DNA of 64,000 nucleotides from an uncultured Chloroflexia bacterium (GCA_963768655.1 CAVYIM010000005.1:96001-160000); one strand, 5' to 3'. Shown: positions 10,302 through 18,993, numbered from the stretch's first letter. Numbers and translations: made by a program. The notes: generated by a model from the letters alone, not told the origin.

Positions 10302-10337
10302 ATAGTAACGCTACGCGTGCATAACGGCAAGCGTGAC
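10302..10337 (-). promoter_or_regulatory. higBA promoter with two putative HigA operators
   Basis: TTGCCG-N17-TACTAT then 6 nt to GTG; imperfect palindromes GTAACG-N5-CGTGCA (10305) and ATAACG-N5-CGTGAC (10321) overlap it. Confidence 0.6.
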
Positions 10338-10499
10338 TAACGAGCCGACGCGGCGTCAGCGCCGAAGGCCGTCGCCCGCCGGACAGGTTCGAAGTGACTG
10401 GCCGCTTCTGCCGTCCGGACCAGTTGGTCCCACGGGGATGGCCGTGGTATGCGACCGCATAGCCCCCGATCGTAGGGACGAGGTTGCTCGGCCACGGGG

Positions 10500-10670
10500 C
10501 GGTGAAGCTGGCCCGCAGTGATGAGAGGACAATCCCTGTCGTCCCGGCGCTTCGACTCCGGGCGGGCCGCGGAGGTGATCGAGCGAGCCGCGACGTCGGT
10601 CCAACCGCCTCCTGCCGTCCTGTCGGGCCGAAGGTCAGTCGGTGGCCGGAGGGCGTCCGCCGAAGGCCCT
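10500..10670. repeat. Dispersed island repeat, copy B
   Basis: CGGTGAAGCTGGCC 10500-10513, core 10532-10553, CGTCGGTCCAAC 10594-10605, CGCCGAAGGCC 10658-10668. Confidence 0.7.
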
Positions 10671-10797
10671 TCCGTCGGACCAATTCGCCGCTTCTGCGAC
10701 ACTCCCCTCCCGTGGCCGGCGTGGTCAGGTAGTTGAGAGAAAGTCCTACATGGTGCGCACCGCGACTACCCCGCCGGGCGCTTCCCCTCCGCTCTCG

Positions 10798-11379
10798 TCA
10801 ATTCGACCTCGTGTACACGGCCGTCCCGTGAGTTGGCGCGTTCCCGGCGACCATCCAGAAACCGTTCAACTCCCGAGGATGGGACTCGGATGGGATCTAG
10901 AGAATCGAGATGGCATCCACGCTGCCGATCGTCTTGTCACGAAGGATGTAGTAGAAGATCAGCCTCGTGTCCTTGACTCCGGCGAGTTCCGAGTGGAAGG
11001 GCCCGATCGTCTCATGGCCCTCGGACAACGTGCCTTCGATGCGGAGTTCACCGCCATCCCTGGCGATGGTCATGGAGCCTTTCCCCTTCGGCCCTGACTG
11101 CGGCGTGGAGACGAAATCCCATTTCCCGATTAGCTGGTCTGCCGCGCCACGCCGCGCCGTTGCCACGCCGACGGACGGCGACATTCTGAACAGGAAGACG
11201 ATCAAGACGAGTGTTGCGAGAAGGCCCGCGGCGATGCGCTCATACGAGCTGGAGCCTGATTGGAACCAGAGCAAGAACAAGGACTCGAAAACCAGAGTGA
11301 GGACTATGGCCGTCCTGTACTTGCCGCTCACCTTCGCGTTGCCCAGGATCGCGTTCACCATGGAACCGACGGATGCCAT
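10798..11379 (-). pseudogene. 2TM plus beta-rich membrane protein with an in-frame TAG at 10899-10897
   Basis: SD GGAGG, two TM helices, beta-rich domain; the frame continues past TAG as IPSESHPRELNGFWMVAGNAPTHGTAVYTRSN-TGA. Confidence 0.6.
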
Positions 11380-11674
11380 GACAATCCCTCCAGGTTCCCG
11401 CCTGCCCTCTCCTATTGCGCGTCACCGCCGGGCATGACGATGGCCGAGAACGACTTCGGGTGCGGGGGTGGCAGCGGAGCGCGCCGCGCAGCCGGGGCCG
11501 ACAATTCCGCTCGAGCTGCCACACCCCATTCCTCGCTCCTCTTCACCCCGTCGGGTGATGGTCGGATGGTAACCCCGCTCCAGCGAGTCCAGGCGCATTT
11601 CGCCCAGATGCCACGCCGAAGGGCTGACGTGCTCCCTTCATAGAACTCCTTCACTCCGTGGCGGGCCGATCACT

Positions 11675-11977
11675 TCAGCCATTCGGGAGCGCTTCCATCA
11701 ACCTCTCGCTGCGCCAGACGCGAGCGATCCGAATGCGCTCGTTGTCGATGCGGTAGACGATGCGGAACGGCGTCCGAATGAGCTCGCGCAACCAGGGCTG
11801 GTCGAACTCGGGCACTACCCTGCCGCTCTCCGGGAATTCGGTGAGCTGGTCCATGCAGGCCGCTATCTCGCGGATGAGTCGATCGCCGACCTCCGGCGCT
11901 GACTGCGAGACATACCAGTCGCGAACGGCTTCCAGATCCCTGACCGCCGACTCTGCGAGCGAAATGCGCCTGGGCAC
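11675..11977 (-). CDS. RelE/ParE-family toxin
   Basis: AVRDLEAVRDW...L.EFPESGRVVPE...RELIRTPFRIVYR; GTG immediately after the antitoxin stop. Confidence 0.9.
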   Translation of the reverse strand: MPRRISLAESAVRDLEAVRDWYVSQSAPEVGDRLIREIAACMDQLTEFPESGRVVPEFDQPWLRELIRTPFRIVYRIDNERIRIARVWRSERLMEALPNG

Positions 11978-11978
11978 C

Positions 11979-12254
11979 TCAGTCGAGCCCGAGCCGGTGC
12001 CTGGCATCCTCCAGCGACAGCTCGCGATCCTCCTCGAGGTCGAACAGGCCGGCGAGGACGGACCTCATGAACTCGCGCTCTTCCTCCGCGGCCTCGAACT
12101 CGGGCAGGGTCTGCACGACCGCGACGCCCCGACCGCGGCTCGTCAACAGGACCGGGCGGCCCGACTCGCCAGCCCGCCGCACGACTCTGCCAGGGTTCAC
12201 CTTCAGATCCCCGATCGGGACCACGTCCTCGGAGAACTTCACCCTGGTCCGCAT
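11979..12254 (-). CDS. Phd/YefM-family antitoxin
   Basis: DVVPIGDLK.NPGRVV...RPVLLTSRGRGVAVV; SD GGAGG before ATG 12254. Confidence 0.9.
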   Translation of the reverse strand: MRTRVKFSEDVVPIGDLKVNPGRVVRRAGESGRPVLLTSRGRGVAVVQTLPEFEAAEEEREFMRSVLAGLFDLEEDRELSLEDARHRLGLD

Positions 12255-12335
12255 CCGGACCTCCATACAGCACCTTTTGCTGGTCCTGAGAATAGCACCT
12301 GGTGGCAGGTTTTCGCGGATCTGGAGAGCCGCCTA

Positions 12336-12465
12336 CGGTGAAGCTGGCCAGGGCGGAGATCAAGCGATCCCTGCAATCCCGGCGCTTCGGCTCCGTGCGG
12401 ACCTCGGAGGTGGAGGTCGGCGTGCAGGCGGCGGTCCTGCGGCATCCGGGGGTCCTTTCGGCCTC
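12336..12465. repeat. Dispersed island repeat, copy C (cut at its end by IS copy 2)
   Basis: CGGTGAAGCTGGCC 12336-12349, core 12367-12388, CCTCGGAG 12402-12409. Confidence 0.65.
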
Positions 12466-13954
12466 GAGGTTGTCCCGAGTTCCGTGGAATTTGAGTTGAG
12501 GGGAGGGTCCTCCAGCCCGGAGCGTGAGCTGTCACGCTACGGGAGACCCGGAAAGTCGAACTGGAGGAACCCATGCCATCGTCCCACGTCCGGCCCCGCC
12601 CTGAGAAGCGATGCCGCCGACCTCGCCGTCTCGTTCACCAGCTTCCTGCTGAGCTGACAGGGCGGCTCGAGGGCCATCTCGCCACGTTCGCGAGCCATCT
12701 GCGCGAGGGCCTGCTGGCCGCTTCGACCGCGGTCGGCCTCGAGGTCCTCGACGAGCTGATGGCGGCTGAGGTTGACGGCCTGGCCGGCCCACGCGGCCGC
12801 CACCGAGCGGATCGAGTTGCCTATCGCCATGGCAGTGAAGCCGGAACCGTGACCCTGGGCGGCCGCCGACTCCGCGTCGAGCGGCCACGTGTGCGAAGTG
12901 CCGATGGAGCAGCCGAGCTGCCGCTCGCGACCTACGAGGCCGCGAGAGCCAGCGATCTGCTCGCCGACGGGATCGTCGCCCGGATGCTCGCGGGGCTCTC
13001 GACTCGCGACTATCCGGTTGGCCTCGAGCCTGTTGGCGAGGCCATCGAGGAGGCCGCCGTCTCGACCAGCCACGCCGCCGTCAGCCGCCGCTTCCTCGCC
13101 GCCACGGCAGAGCGCCTGGCTGAGCTGCTCGGGCGCAGACTCGACGACCGCCGCTACCTCGTGCTCATGCTCGATGGCTTTCGCCTGGGCGATCACCTGC
13201 TCGTAGGCGCGCTCGGGATCGACGCCGCCGGCCACAAGGTGCCCCTCGGCGTGGTCGAGGGCACGACCGAGAACAGCGCGGTGGTCAACGCGCTCCTGGC
13301 GGACTTGCGCGATCGCGGTCTGGACACAAGCGCAGGCGTCCTCTTCGTCGTCGACGGCGGCTCCGCCATCGGTTCGGCCATCCCCACCTTCTTGGGCAAA
13401 GGCGTGGCGATCCATCGCTGCCATCGCCACAAAGAGCGCAACGTTCTAGAGCACCTGCCCGAGATCGAACGACCGCTCGCCCAGCGCCGGCTTCGGGCCG
13501 CCTGGGCCGAGCGAGATCCGGACAGGGCGAAGGCGGCCCTCCACTCCCTGGCCCGCAGTCTGGCCCACAGCCGTCCGGGAGCCGCCGCGTCGCTGCGCGA
13601 GGGGCTCGACGACACGCTCACCCTGACGCGTCTGGGCATCAGCGGCTCGCTCTGGAGGACGCTCGAGTCGACCAACCCGATGGAATCGATGATCGAGATC
13701 GTCAAGACGCACGCCCGCCGGGTGAAGAACTGGGAGTCGGGCGAGATGGCGCTGCGCTGGGCCGCCGCTGGGATGCTCGCCGCAGAGGCTCAGTTCCGCC
13801 GAGTCTGTGGCTATCGGGAGCTGCCCATTCTTGCCGCTGCGCTGAAGCGCGAGCTCCACATCGAAAGCGAGGCGAGCGCTACCAACCAACCGATATGATC
13901 AGCAACCTGGAGACCCGACCCTCACTGAAATTCCACGACGAGCGGGACATCCTC
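12466..13954 (+). mobile_element. IS256-family insertion sequence, copy 2 (1489 bp)
   Basis: Same IRs, length and transposase as copy 1; 8-bp TSD TCGGCCTC at 12458-12465 and 13955-13962. Confidence 0.95.
12573..13898 (+). CDS. IS256-family transposase
   Basis: Protein identical to that of 7450..8775. Confidence 0.95.
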   Translation: MPSSHVRPRPEKRCRRPRRLVHQLPAELTGRLEGHLATFASHLREGLLAASTAVGLEVLDELMAAEVDGLAGPRGRHRADRVAYRHGSEAGTVTLGGRRLRVERPRVRSADGAAELPLATYEAARASDLLADGIVARMLAGLSTRDYPVGLEPVGEAIEEAAVSTSHAAVSRRFLAATAERLAELLGRRLDDRRYLVLMLDGFRLGDHLLVGALGIDAAGHKVPLGVVEGTTENSAVVNALLADLRDRGLDTSAGVLFVVDGGSAIGSAIPTFLGKGVAIHRCHRHKERNVLEHLPEIERPLAQRRLRAAWAERDPDRAKAALHSLARSLAHSRPGAAASLREGLDDTLTLTRLGISGSLWRTLESTNPMESMIEIVKTHARRVKNWESGEMALRWAAAGMLAAEAQFRRVCGYRELPILAAALKRELHIESEASATNQPI

Positions 13955-13974
13955 TCGGCCTCGGCCGGTCCCCG

Positions 13975-14343
13975 TCAGATTCGCCTCGCGAACCAGATGA
14001 GCTCTATCGGGCACCCGTTCTCGACGATCATCGCGGCGCGCACTCCGTCGGAGGGCGAGTTGGGCGGAGTCAGCACTTCCTTGCCTTCGAGCGCCTCGTC
14101 AATGTCGTCGACCTCGAACGCTACGTGGGGCACGGTCTTGACGATGTCCGCGAGCGGGCTGTCAGGATCGAATCTCATCCACTCGATGCCGTATCGGCTG
14201 GTTGGGAAGCCGGACACGTACATGCCGAACTGCGGCAGGTAGCGTTCGCCCTCTTTGCGGGCCTCGGTTGGGACGCCCATGTGATGGAAGCGCCAGCCCC
14301 ATTCGTTCGTGGCGCACGGCAGCTCATGATCCTGTCGCGTCAC
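13975..14343 (-). CDS. VOC/glyoxalase-like protein
   Basis: FHHMGVP...IEW...PHVAFEVDDIDEAL...IELI; start taken at the GTG after GGAG. Confidence 0.7.
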   Translation of the reverse strand: MTRQDHELPCATNEWGWRFHHMGVPTEARKEGERYLPQFGMYVSGFPTSRYGIEWMRFDPDSPLADIVKTVPHVAFEVDDIDEALEGKEVLTPPNSPSDGVRAAMIVENGCPIELIWFARRI

Positions 14344-14566
14344 TTCGTCTCCTTCCACAAGCCACTCGCCGGTGCGCGTCCGCGGCACTCATCATCGTGC
14401 TCCGGCCTGCCTGACGTCGAGCGCTGCGGCGACCGGCGGCCGCGGCAGCGACCGCGACCCGCGGCGCTGGTCTTCGAGTCGACGCGCCGGCGCCGGCTCT
14501 GCAGAGGCCGGCGCGGCAGACGCCGGCGCAGTCGAATCGGCGCACATGGAATAGAGTTCCCGCCAC

Positions 14567-15649
14567 ATGCTTGGCCGAAGGAGAAATCGTCGAACGGGCC
14601 ACCGCTACGGCGTCGCCGCGGTGGCGCTGGGGCTGGTTGTCGTGCTGGCCGTCGCCGGCGAGGCCGCCATACGTGCAGGCAGCTCGGGGCCCACTCCCGG
14701 ACCGTCGGCCCCCGCGACGTCGTCGGCCACGACCGCTCCCGGCGGCCCGACCGCCACTTCGACCGGCGGCCCGTCCCTGACTCCTGCGGTCACCGACACG
14801 GCCGGCATCGCGACGCCGGCGCCCAGCTATCCGCTGGTAGACAGCTGCAACCCGAAGTCGGTCCGCGGCGCCAGGCCCGTGACGGCACCCGCGAACGAGA
14901 AGGCCGGCTCGTTCACGCTGCACATTCCCATCCTCATGTACCACCGGATCGTGCCCCCCGCCGAGGCCGGCGACTCGATTCCCGGACTGGTCGTGCCCCC
15001 CGACACGTTCGCGAACCAGCTCGACGCGCTCGAACGGGCGGACTGGCACACGATCACCATGGCGGCGCTCGCCAACGACCTGCAGGCCCACGTGACGCCG
15101 CCGAAGAGGACCTTCGTGATCACCATCGACGACGGCTGGGACGACGGATACACCTATGCTCTGCCAATTCTCCAGAGCCACGGGTTCGTGGCGACGTACT
15201 TCGTCATCGCCGGCCGGATCGATCAGCCGGGCTTCCTCACGTCGGGCCATCTCCAGGCGCTCGTGGCCGCCGGTGACGAGATCGGCGATCACACCATGGA
15301 CCACTACGACCTGGCCGAGCAGGCGGCCGTGAGACTGCCGTACGAAATAGATGCGGCAGCCGCCCGGATCGCGCAGGTCACGGGCCGCTGGCCGGAATCG
15401 TTCGCATATCCGTCGGGCGTCGTGGACCGCGTGGTCGCCGCCGCGGTGGCCGCCTGCCAGGAGCTCCGAATCGCAGTCACCGAGGAGCCCGTCGCGCCCG
15501 AGGAACCAGGCGCCTCAACGCCTCCGACGGGAATGCCCGTAGCCCTCGAGACCTGGGCCGACCGCTTCGTCGTCCCGCGGATCCGGGTCACGCCGAACAC
15601 GACACCAACAAACCTTGTGGGCGACCTGGGCATCCTGGAAGCGGGCTGA
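14567..15649 (+). CDS. Secreted polysaccharide deacetylase (CE4/NodB)
   Basis: N-terminal TM helix, P/T linker, PILMYH, ITIDDG, GDHTMDH and FAYPSG motifs. Confidence 0.88.
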   Translation: MLGRRRNRRTGHRYGVAAVALGLVVVLAVAGEAAIRAGSSGPTPGPSAPATSSATTAPGGPTATSTGGPSLTPAVTDTAGIATPAPSYPLVDSCNPKSVRGARPVTAPANEKAGSFTLHIPILMYHRIVPPAEAGDSIPGLVVPPDTFANQLDALERADWHTITMAALANDLQAHVTPPKRTFVITIDDGWDDGYTYALPILQSHGFVATYFVIAGRIDQPGFLTSGHLQALVAAGDEIGDHTMDHYDLAEQAAVRLPYEIDAAAARIAQVTGRWPESFAYPSGVVDRVVAAAVAACQELRIAVTEEPVAPEEPGASTPPTGMPVALETWADRFVVPRIRVTPNTTPTNLVGDLGILEAG

Positions 15650-15850
15650 TTCTCCGCCGCTGACCGGCGCTCTGGCCGATCGGGCCGGTAGTACACCCGC
15701 AACTCAGCATTTCGAGCCGCGGCCCCGGCGTGGCGATGATTGCGGCGTGCAGGCACGCGGATCGACCCTGAGGAGCGACCGCCGAGGAGCGGACCGGACG
15801 GCTCAGCCAGGGCTTCGCCCGACCTCCTCACCTGGCCGAAGAAGCCGATC

Positions 15851-17110
15851 TCACCCCATCCCGCGCAGTCGCCTCGCCAGCTCGGCCGCGTCGAGGTGGA
15901 CCGGCTCGACTCTGCCGACCGTCGGTTCGGGCGCCGTGCCGCCGTGCCGGGCCCGCGCAGCGGAGACGAATCGGTCGAAGACCGCCAGCGCGTCGAGCGG
16001 TCCGGGACCGCCCTCCGGGTGGTATTGCACCGTCTCGATCGGAAGCGTGCGGTGGCGCAGCCCCTCCACCGATCCGTCGTTCAGGTCGATCTGGCTGACC
16101 ACGAAGCCGCTGGCTTCGGGCAGCGTCTCACCGACCACCGTGACCTCGTGGTTCTGAGCCGTGACCTGGACCAGGCCGCTCTCCAGGTCCTTGACCGGGT
16201 GGTTCGCGGCGTGGTGGCCGAACGGCAGGCGCCTCGTGCTTGCGCCGGCGGCCCGCCCGACGATCTGATGTCCCAGGCAGATGCCCAGGAGCGGCCGGCC
16301 GTCGCTGATTGCCGCGCGGGCCAGCGCCACGGGGCCGTCGAGGCGGGCCGGGTCGCCGGGTCCGGGCGAGAAGACGACGCCGTCCACATCCGGGCCGAGC
16401 GCCTCCGCCGCCGTGGCCGTGTGAGGGAGGATCCGCACCCGCGCCCCGCGCCGGCGAAGGCTGCGCACGATGTTCGTCTTCAGGCCGAAGTCGAGAATCA
16501 CGACAAGCGGGCCGCCCTCGGACGGATCGCCTTCGTCGCGCGCGACCGTGGGCGAAACTTCGGCTACGAAGTCCTGATCCTCCCATCGGGGAACCTTGCG
16601 GGCCAGCTCGCGCGCCTCCTGCGGGTCGGCCTGGCCGGGCGCGGTCACGATGGCGCGCAGGCTGCCGCTCGAGCGGAGGTGCCGGGCCAGGGCTCGAGTG
16701 TCGACGCCGGCGATCGCCGGGATGCCCGCCTCGCGCAGCATCGTCGCGAGCTGGCGGGCGTCGTCGAGAACCGCGGCGGTGGCGTTGGCCACGATCAGGC
16801 CCCGCAGCCACGGCCGCTCTGACTGGTCGTCGTAGCGGACGCGGCCGTAGTTGCCGATCAGCGGGTAGGTCATTACGACGAGCTGCCCGGCGTAGCTGGG
16901 ATCGGTGGCGATCTCCTGGTAGCCGGTCTGGCTGGTGTTCACAACGAGGTCGCCCTGTCCGGAGCGCTGCGAGCCGAAGGCGACGCCCGGGAACAGGCGG
17001 CCGTCCTCCAGGGCGAGAAGCGCCGGGCCGTAGTCTCCGATCCGCGGATCGACGACGGCGCTGGCCCGCGGCGGCGGAGGCAGCAGGCGCGTGCGTGGCG
17101 GCTCGGTCAC
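15851..17110 (-). CDS. carA: Carbamoyl-phosphate synthase small subunit
   Basis: TGYQEIATDPSYAGQ, SPGPGDP, GICLGHQ, QYHPEG. Start placed at GTG 17110, which overlaps the leader stop. Confidence 0.95.
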   Translation of the reverse strand: MTEPPRTRLLPPPPRASAVVDPRIGDYGPALLALEDGRLFPGVAFGSQRSGQGDLVVNTSQTGYQEIATDPSYAGQLVVMTYPLIGNYGRVRYDDQSERPWLRGLIVANATAAVLDDARQLATMLREAGIPAIAGVDTRALARHLRSSGSLRAIVTAPGQADPQEARELARKVPRWEDQDFVAEVSPTVARDEGDPSEGGPLVVILDFGLKTNIVRSLRRRGARVRILPHTATAAEALGPDVDGVVFSPGPGDPARLDGPVALARAAISDGRPLLGICLGHQIVGRAAGASTRRLPFGHHAANHPVKDLESGLVQVTAQNHEVTVVGETLPEASGFVVSQIDLNDGSVEGLRHRTLPIETVQYHPEGGPGPLDALAVFDRFVSAARARHGGTAPEPTVGRVEPVHLDAAELARRLRGMG

Positions 17111-17280
17111 GTGCCGCCCCGGCGTGCGACTACGAAGCGGCCGACCGGAGTGGACGCGGCGACCAGGCGCGCGGCAACGACGCGGCCGGCCCGACTTAGT
17201 GCGACGACGACGCGGCGCGCGGCGCCGACAAAAAAGCCACCGGCCGAACTGGCGCGGTGGTTCTCGTCGCAGGCGACCAT
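17107..17280 (-). CDS. Putative 57-aa leader peptide of carA (MVACDENHRASSAGGFFVGAA...RRGGT)
   Basis: AAGGAGG-TCC-ATG at 17280; open to TGA 17109-17107, which overlaps the carA GTG (GTGA). Confidence 0.6.
   Translation of the reverse strand: MVACDENHRASSAGGFFVGAARRVVVALSRAGRVVAARLVAASTPVGRFVVARRGGT
17230..17261 (-). terminator. Leader intrinsic terminator (attenuator) of carA
   Basis: CCACCGCGCC-AGTTC-GGCCGGTGG hairpin followed by CTTTTTT. Confidence 0.75.
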
Positions 17281-17355
17281 GGACCTCCTTCCCGGCCTCT
17301 CTGGACCGGCCCGCCGGCCTCACAGGACCGGCCAAAGGCTGGGCGTAGGTTAGCA
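17281..17355 (-). promoter_or_regulatory. Extended -10 promoter and tandem PyrR-binding loops upstream of carA
   Basis: TGCTAACCT (17355-17347), CCTTT, CCGGTCCTGTGAGGCCGG (17331-17314) and CCGGTCCAGAGAGGCCGG (17309-17292). Confidence 0.85.
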
Positions 17356-17579
17356 CGGCGGACGGAGAGCGGGAGGGAGCGCAGTCTCTCGCCGCCGACC
17401 CGGCGCGGCCCTGAGCCGGCCCGCACGACCTGTGGCTCGACGAGTGCCGCGGCAGTCCGCGCCATGGCTGGAGTCATCCTCCCACAGTCGACTGCCACCT
17501 CCGTCGACCGGGCCTGGCTGGCGGGACGGGTGGAGCCGCTTTCAGGACTCGTTCAGCCTCCGGAGGCTATCGTCTGACT

Positions 17580-17677
17580 TCGGAACACCAAGAACATCCC
17601 CCTCGGAGACGCCAGTGACGGGGCGTCTTCGCCAGATCGAGCGGCCCGGTTACCCCCCTCACCGGGCCGCTTGTTCT
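17580..17677 (+). ncRNA. Candidate small RNA with C-rich loop (6C-like)
   Basis: -10 TATCGT 17568-17573; TCCCCCTC 17597-17604; hairpin 17605-17630; 11-bp hairpin 17640-17671 with loop TACCCCCCTC, then TGTTCT. Confidence 0.45.
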
Positions 17678-17721
17678 ATCTCCGGCACCGGTCCAGACTC
17701 GCAGTTCCGGCACTGAGGCAG

Positions 17722-17945
17722 CTACTCGCCGCGCCCCTTCCTGGTGGCGAGAAGGGCCGCATCGGCCCTGGCGGTGAGCTCGTCGAGCGTTTCGTCCCCG
17801 GCGAGCGCCGCTGCGCCCACGCTGATCGCCACGCCAACGTCGCTCTGGACCGCACGACTGATGGCATCGAAACGACGTCTGACCTCATCGAGATCGACTC
17901 CACCGAGCCGCCAGACGACGATCGGGTCGCGGGGCGGATCGGGCA
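17722..17945 (-). pseudogene. Truncated GGDEF-domain remnant
   Basis: ISVGAAAL...ETLDEL.ARADAAL...RK is a GGDEF C-terminus; the GGDEF motif and N-terminus are missing. Confidence 0.6.
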
Positions 17946-17962
17946 ACCTAAGGGCCGCCGAC

Positions 17963-18178
17963 TCAGCGCGTTTCGAGCGGCCGCACGAGACGCTTGCCTC
18001 GGGCCAGGGCGAGGAGATCGGCAGACTCCTGTCTGTCCGCGACCGCATCCGCAACCGACTGAATTCGCGCCCGTGCCTCGCGTTCGGCAGCGGCCTCGCG
18101 CAGCGGCGTGTGGAACGCCTCGTTCACCGGCTCGTCGCTGGCCGCCCGTCGGTAGGCGCCGTTCGTGGTTTGAGCCAT
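17963..18178 (-). CDS. Small hypothetical protein
   Basis: Strong SD GAGGAGG before ATG; follows the upstream gene in operon spacing. Confidence 0.5.
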   Translation of the reverse strand: MAQTTNGAYRRAASDEPVNEAFHTPLREAAAEREARARIQSVADAVADRQESADLLALARGKRLVRPLETR

Positions 18179-18195
18179 TGGACGATCCTCCTCAC

Positions 18196-18615
18196 TCAGC
18201 CCGGCAGTGTGCGTCTCGCCGACGAGCCGGCGAACGCGCGGAGGCGGGCCAGCAGCTGCGGTTCGGTCATCGGGCCGCTCTTGTCCACCTCGATGCGCCC
18301 ATCGACATCGCGGCTTCGATCGCGACCCTTGATCTGGTGCGCGAAGTGTTCGACGACCTCGCCGTCGCCCACGAGCAGAAGATCATCGTCGAACGGCACC
18401 GTGCCGCCGACTCGGGCGAAGAACACCCGCATGTGTTCGTCGCGGTGACCCTCACCGACCGGGTGGTCTTCGGTCGGCGGACGCCCGGTGGAGCGGTGCC
18501 AGCCCGGGACCGTGGAATCGAACCGTTCGCGGACCGTGACCCCCTCGGGACCCCATCGCAGGACCATCGCCGAAGCCGCCGAGATCCAGACGCCTGTCGT
18601 TCGTTGAGCCGTCAT
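18196..18615 (-). CDS. Hypothetical protein resembling eRF1 domain-2/host-attachment-like proteins
   Basis: GVWI...FF.RV...LLLVGDGE...MTEPQLLA pattern; ATGA-coupled to the upstream gene. Confidence 0.55.
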   Translation of the reverse strand: MTAQRTTGVWISAASAMVLRWGPEGVTVRERFDSTVPGWHRSTGRPPTEDHPVGEGHRDEHMRVFFARVGGTVPFDDDLLLVGDGEVVEHFAHQIKGRDRSRDVDGRIEVDKSGPMTEPQLLARLRAFAGSSARRTLPG

Positions 18616-18776
18616 CGAGATTCTCCCGTCCCAGCGACTTGGTCGACTGGGGGTTGGCCCGTCAAGCGACCCACCGCGGCGATCCTGCTTCGGCCCGGCA
18701 CGAGAAGCATCCGAATGAAAGCCTGAAGCAGGACTGCTCCGGCCAGGGCGAACAAGAGCAGGACGAGGGGAGTCAT
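18612..18776 (-). CDS. Small single-TM protein
   Basis: MTPLVLLLFALAGAVLLQAFIRMLLV; its stop overlaps the next start. Confidence 0.5.
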   Translation of the reverse strand: MTPLVLLLFALAGAVLLQAFIRMLLVPGRSRIAAVGRLTGQPPVDQVAGTGESR

Positions 18777-18993
18777 GAGGTCTTTCCCGCTGCCGGCCTG
18801 ACGCGGTCTCGCGACCGAAATATCAGCACGGGGGGTCGGACAGGGTCCCAGCATGCGCTTGCGCGGCCGCGATAGCAATCGGTGGCTCGCGGCCCGGACC
18901 GTCGGGATTGCACCTGGACCGGAAGATGCTCGGCCGGGCCTTGAGTCGAGCCACGTTCGCCGAGATCGATCGGCCGGCCGCTTTGACGGCGGC

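Noticed and set aside
7394-13954. Composite transposon that moved as a unit
   Set aside because: Each IS has its own distinct TSD, and the interrupted lipoprotein gene continues across the left IS.
6400-14400. Classical integron
   Set aside because: No tyrosine recombinase and no recognisable attC palindromes.
17111-17356. 82-aa Arg-rich N-terminal extension of CarA from the ORF track
   Set aside because: It spans the promoter, PyrR loops and terminator; GTG 17110 is the better start.
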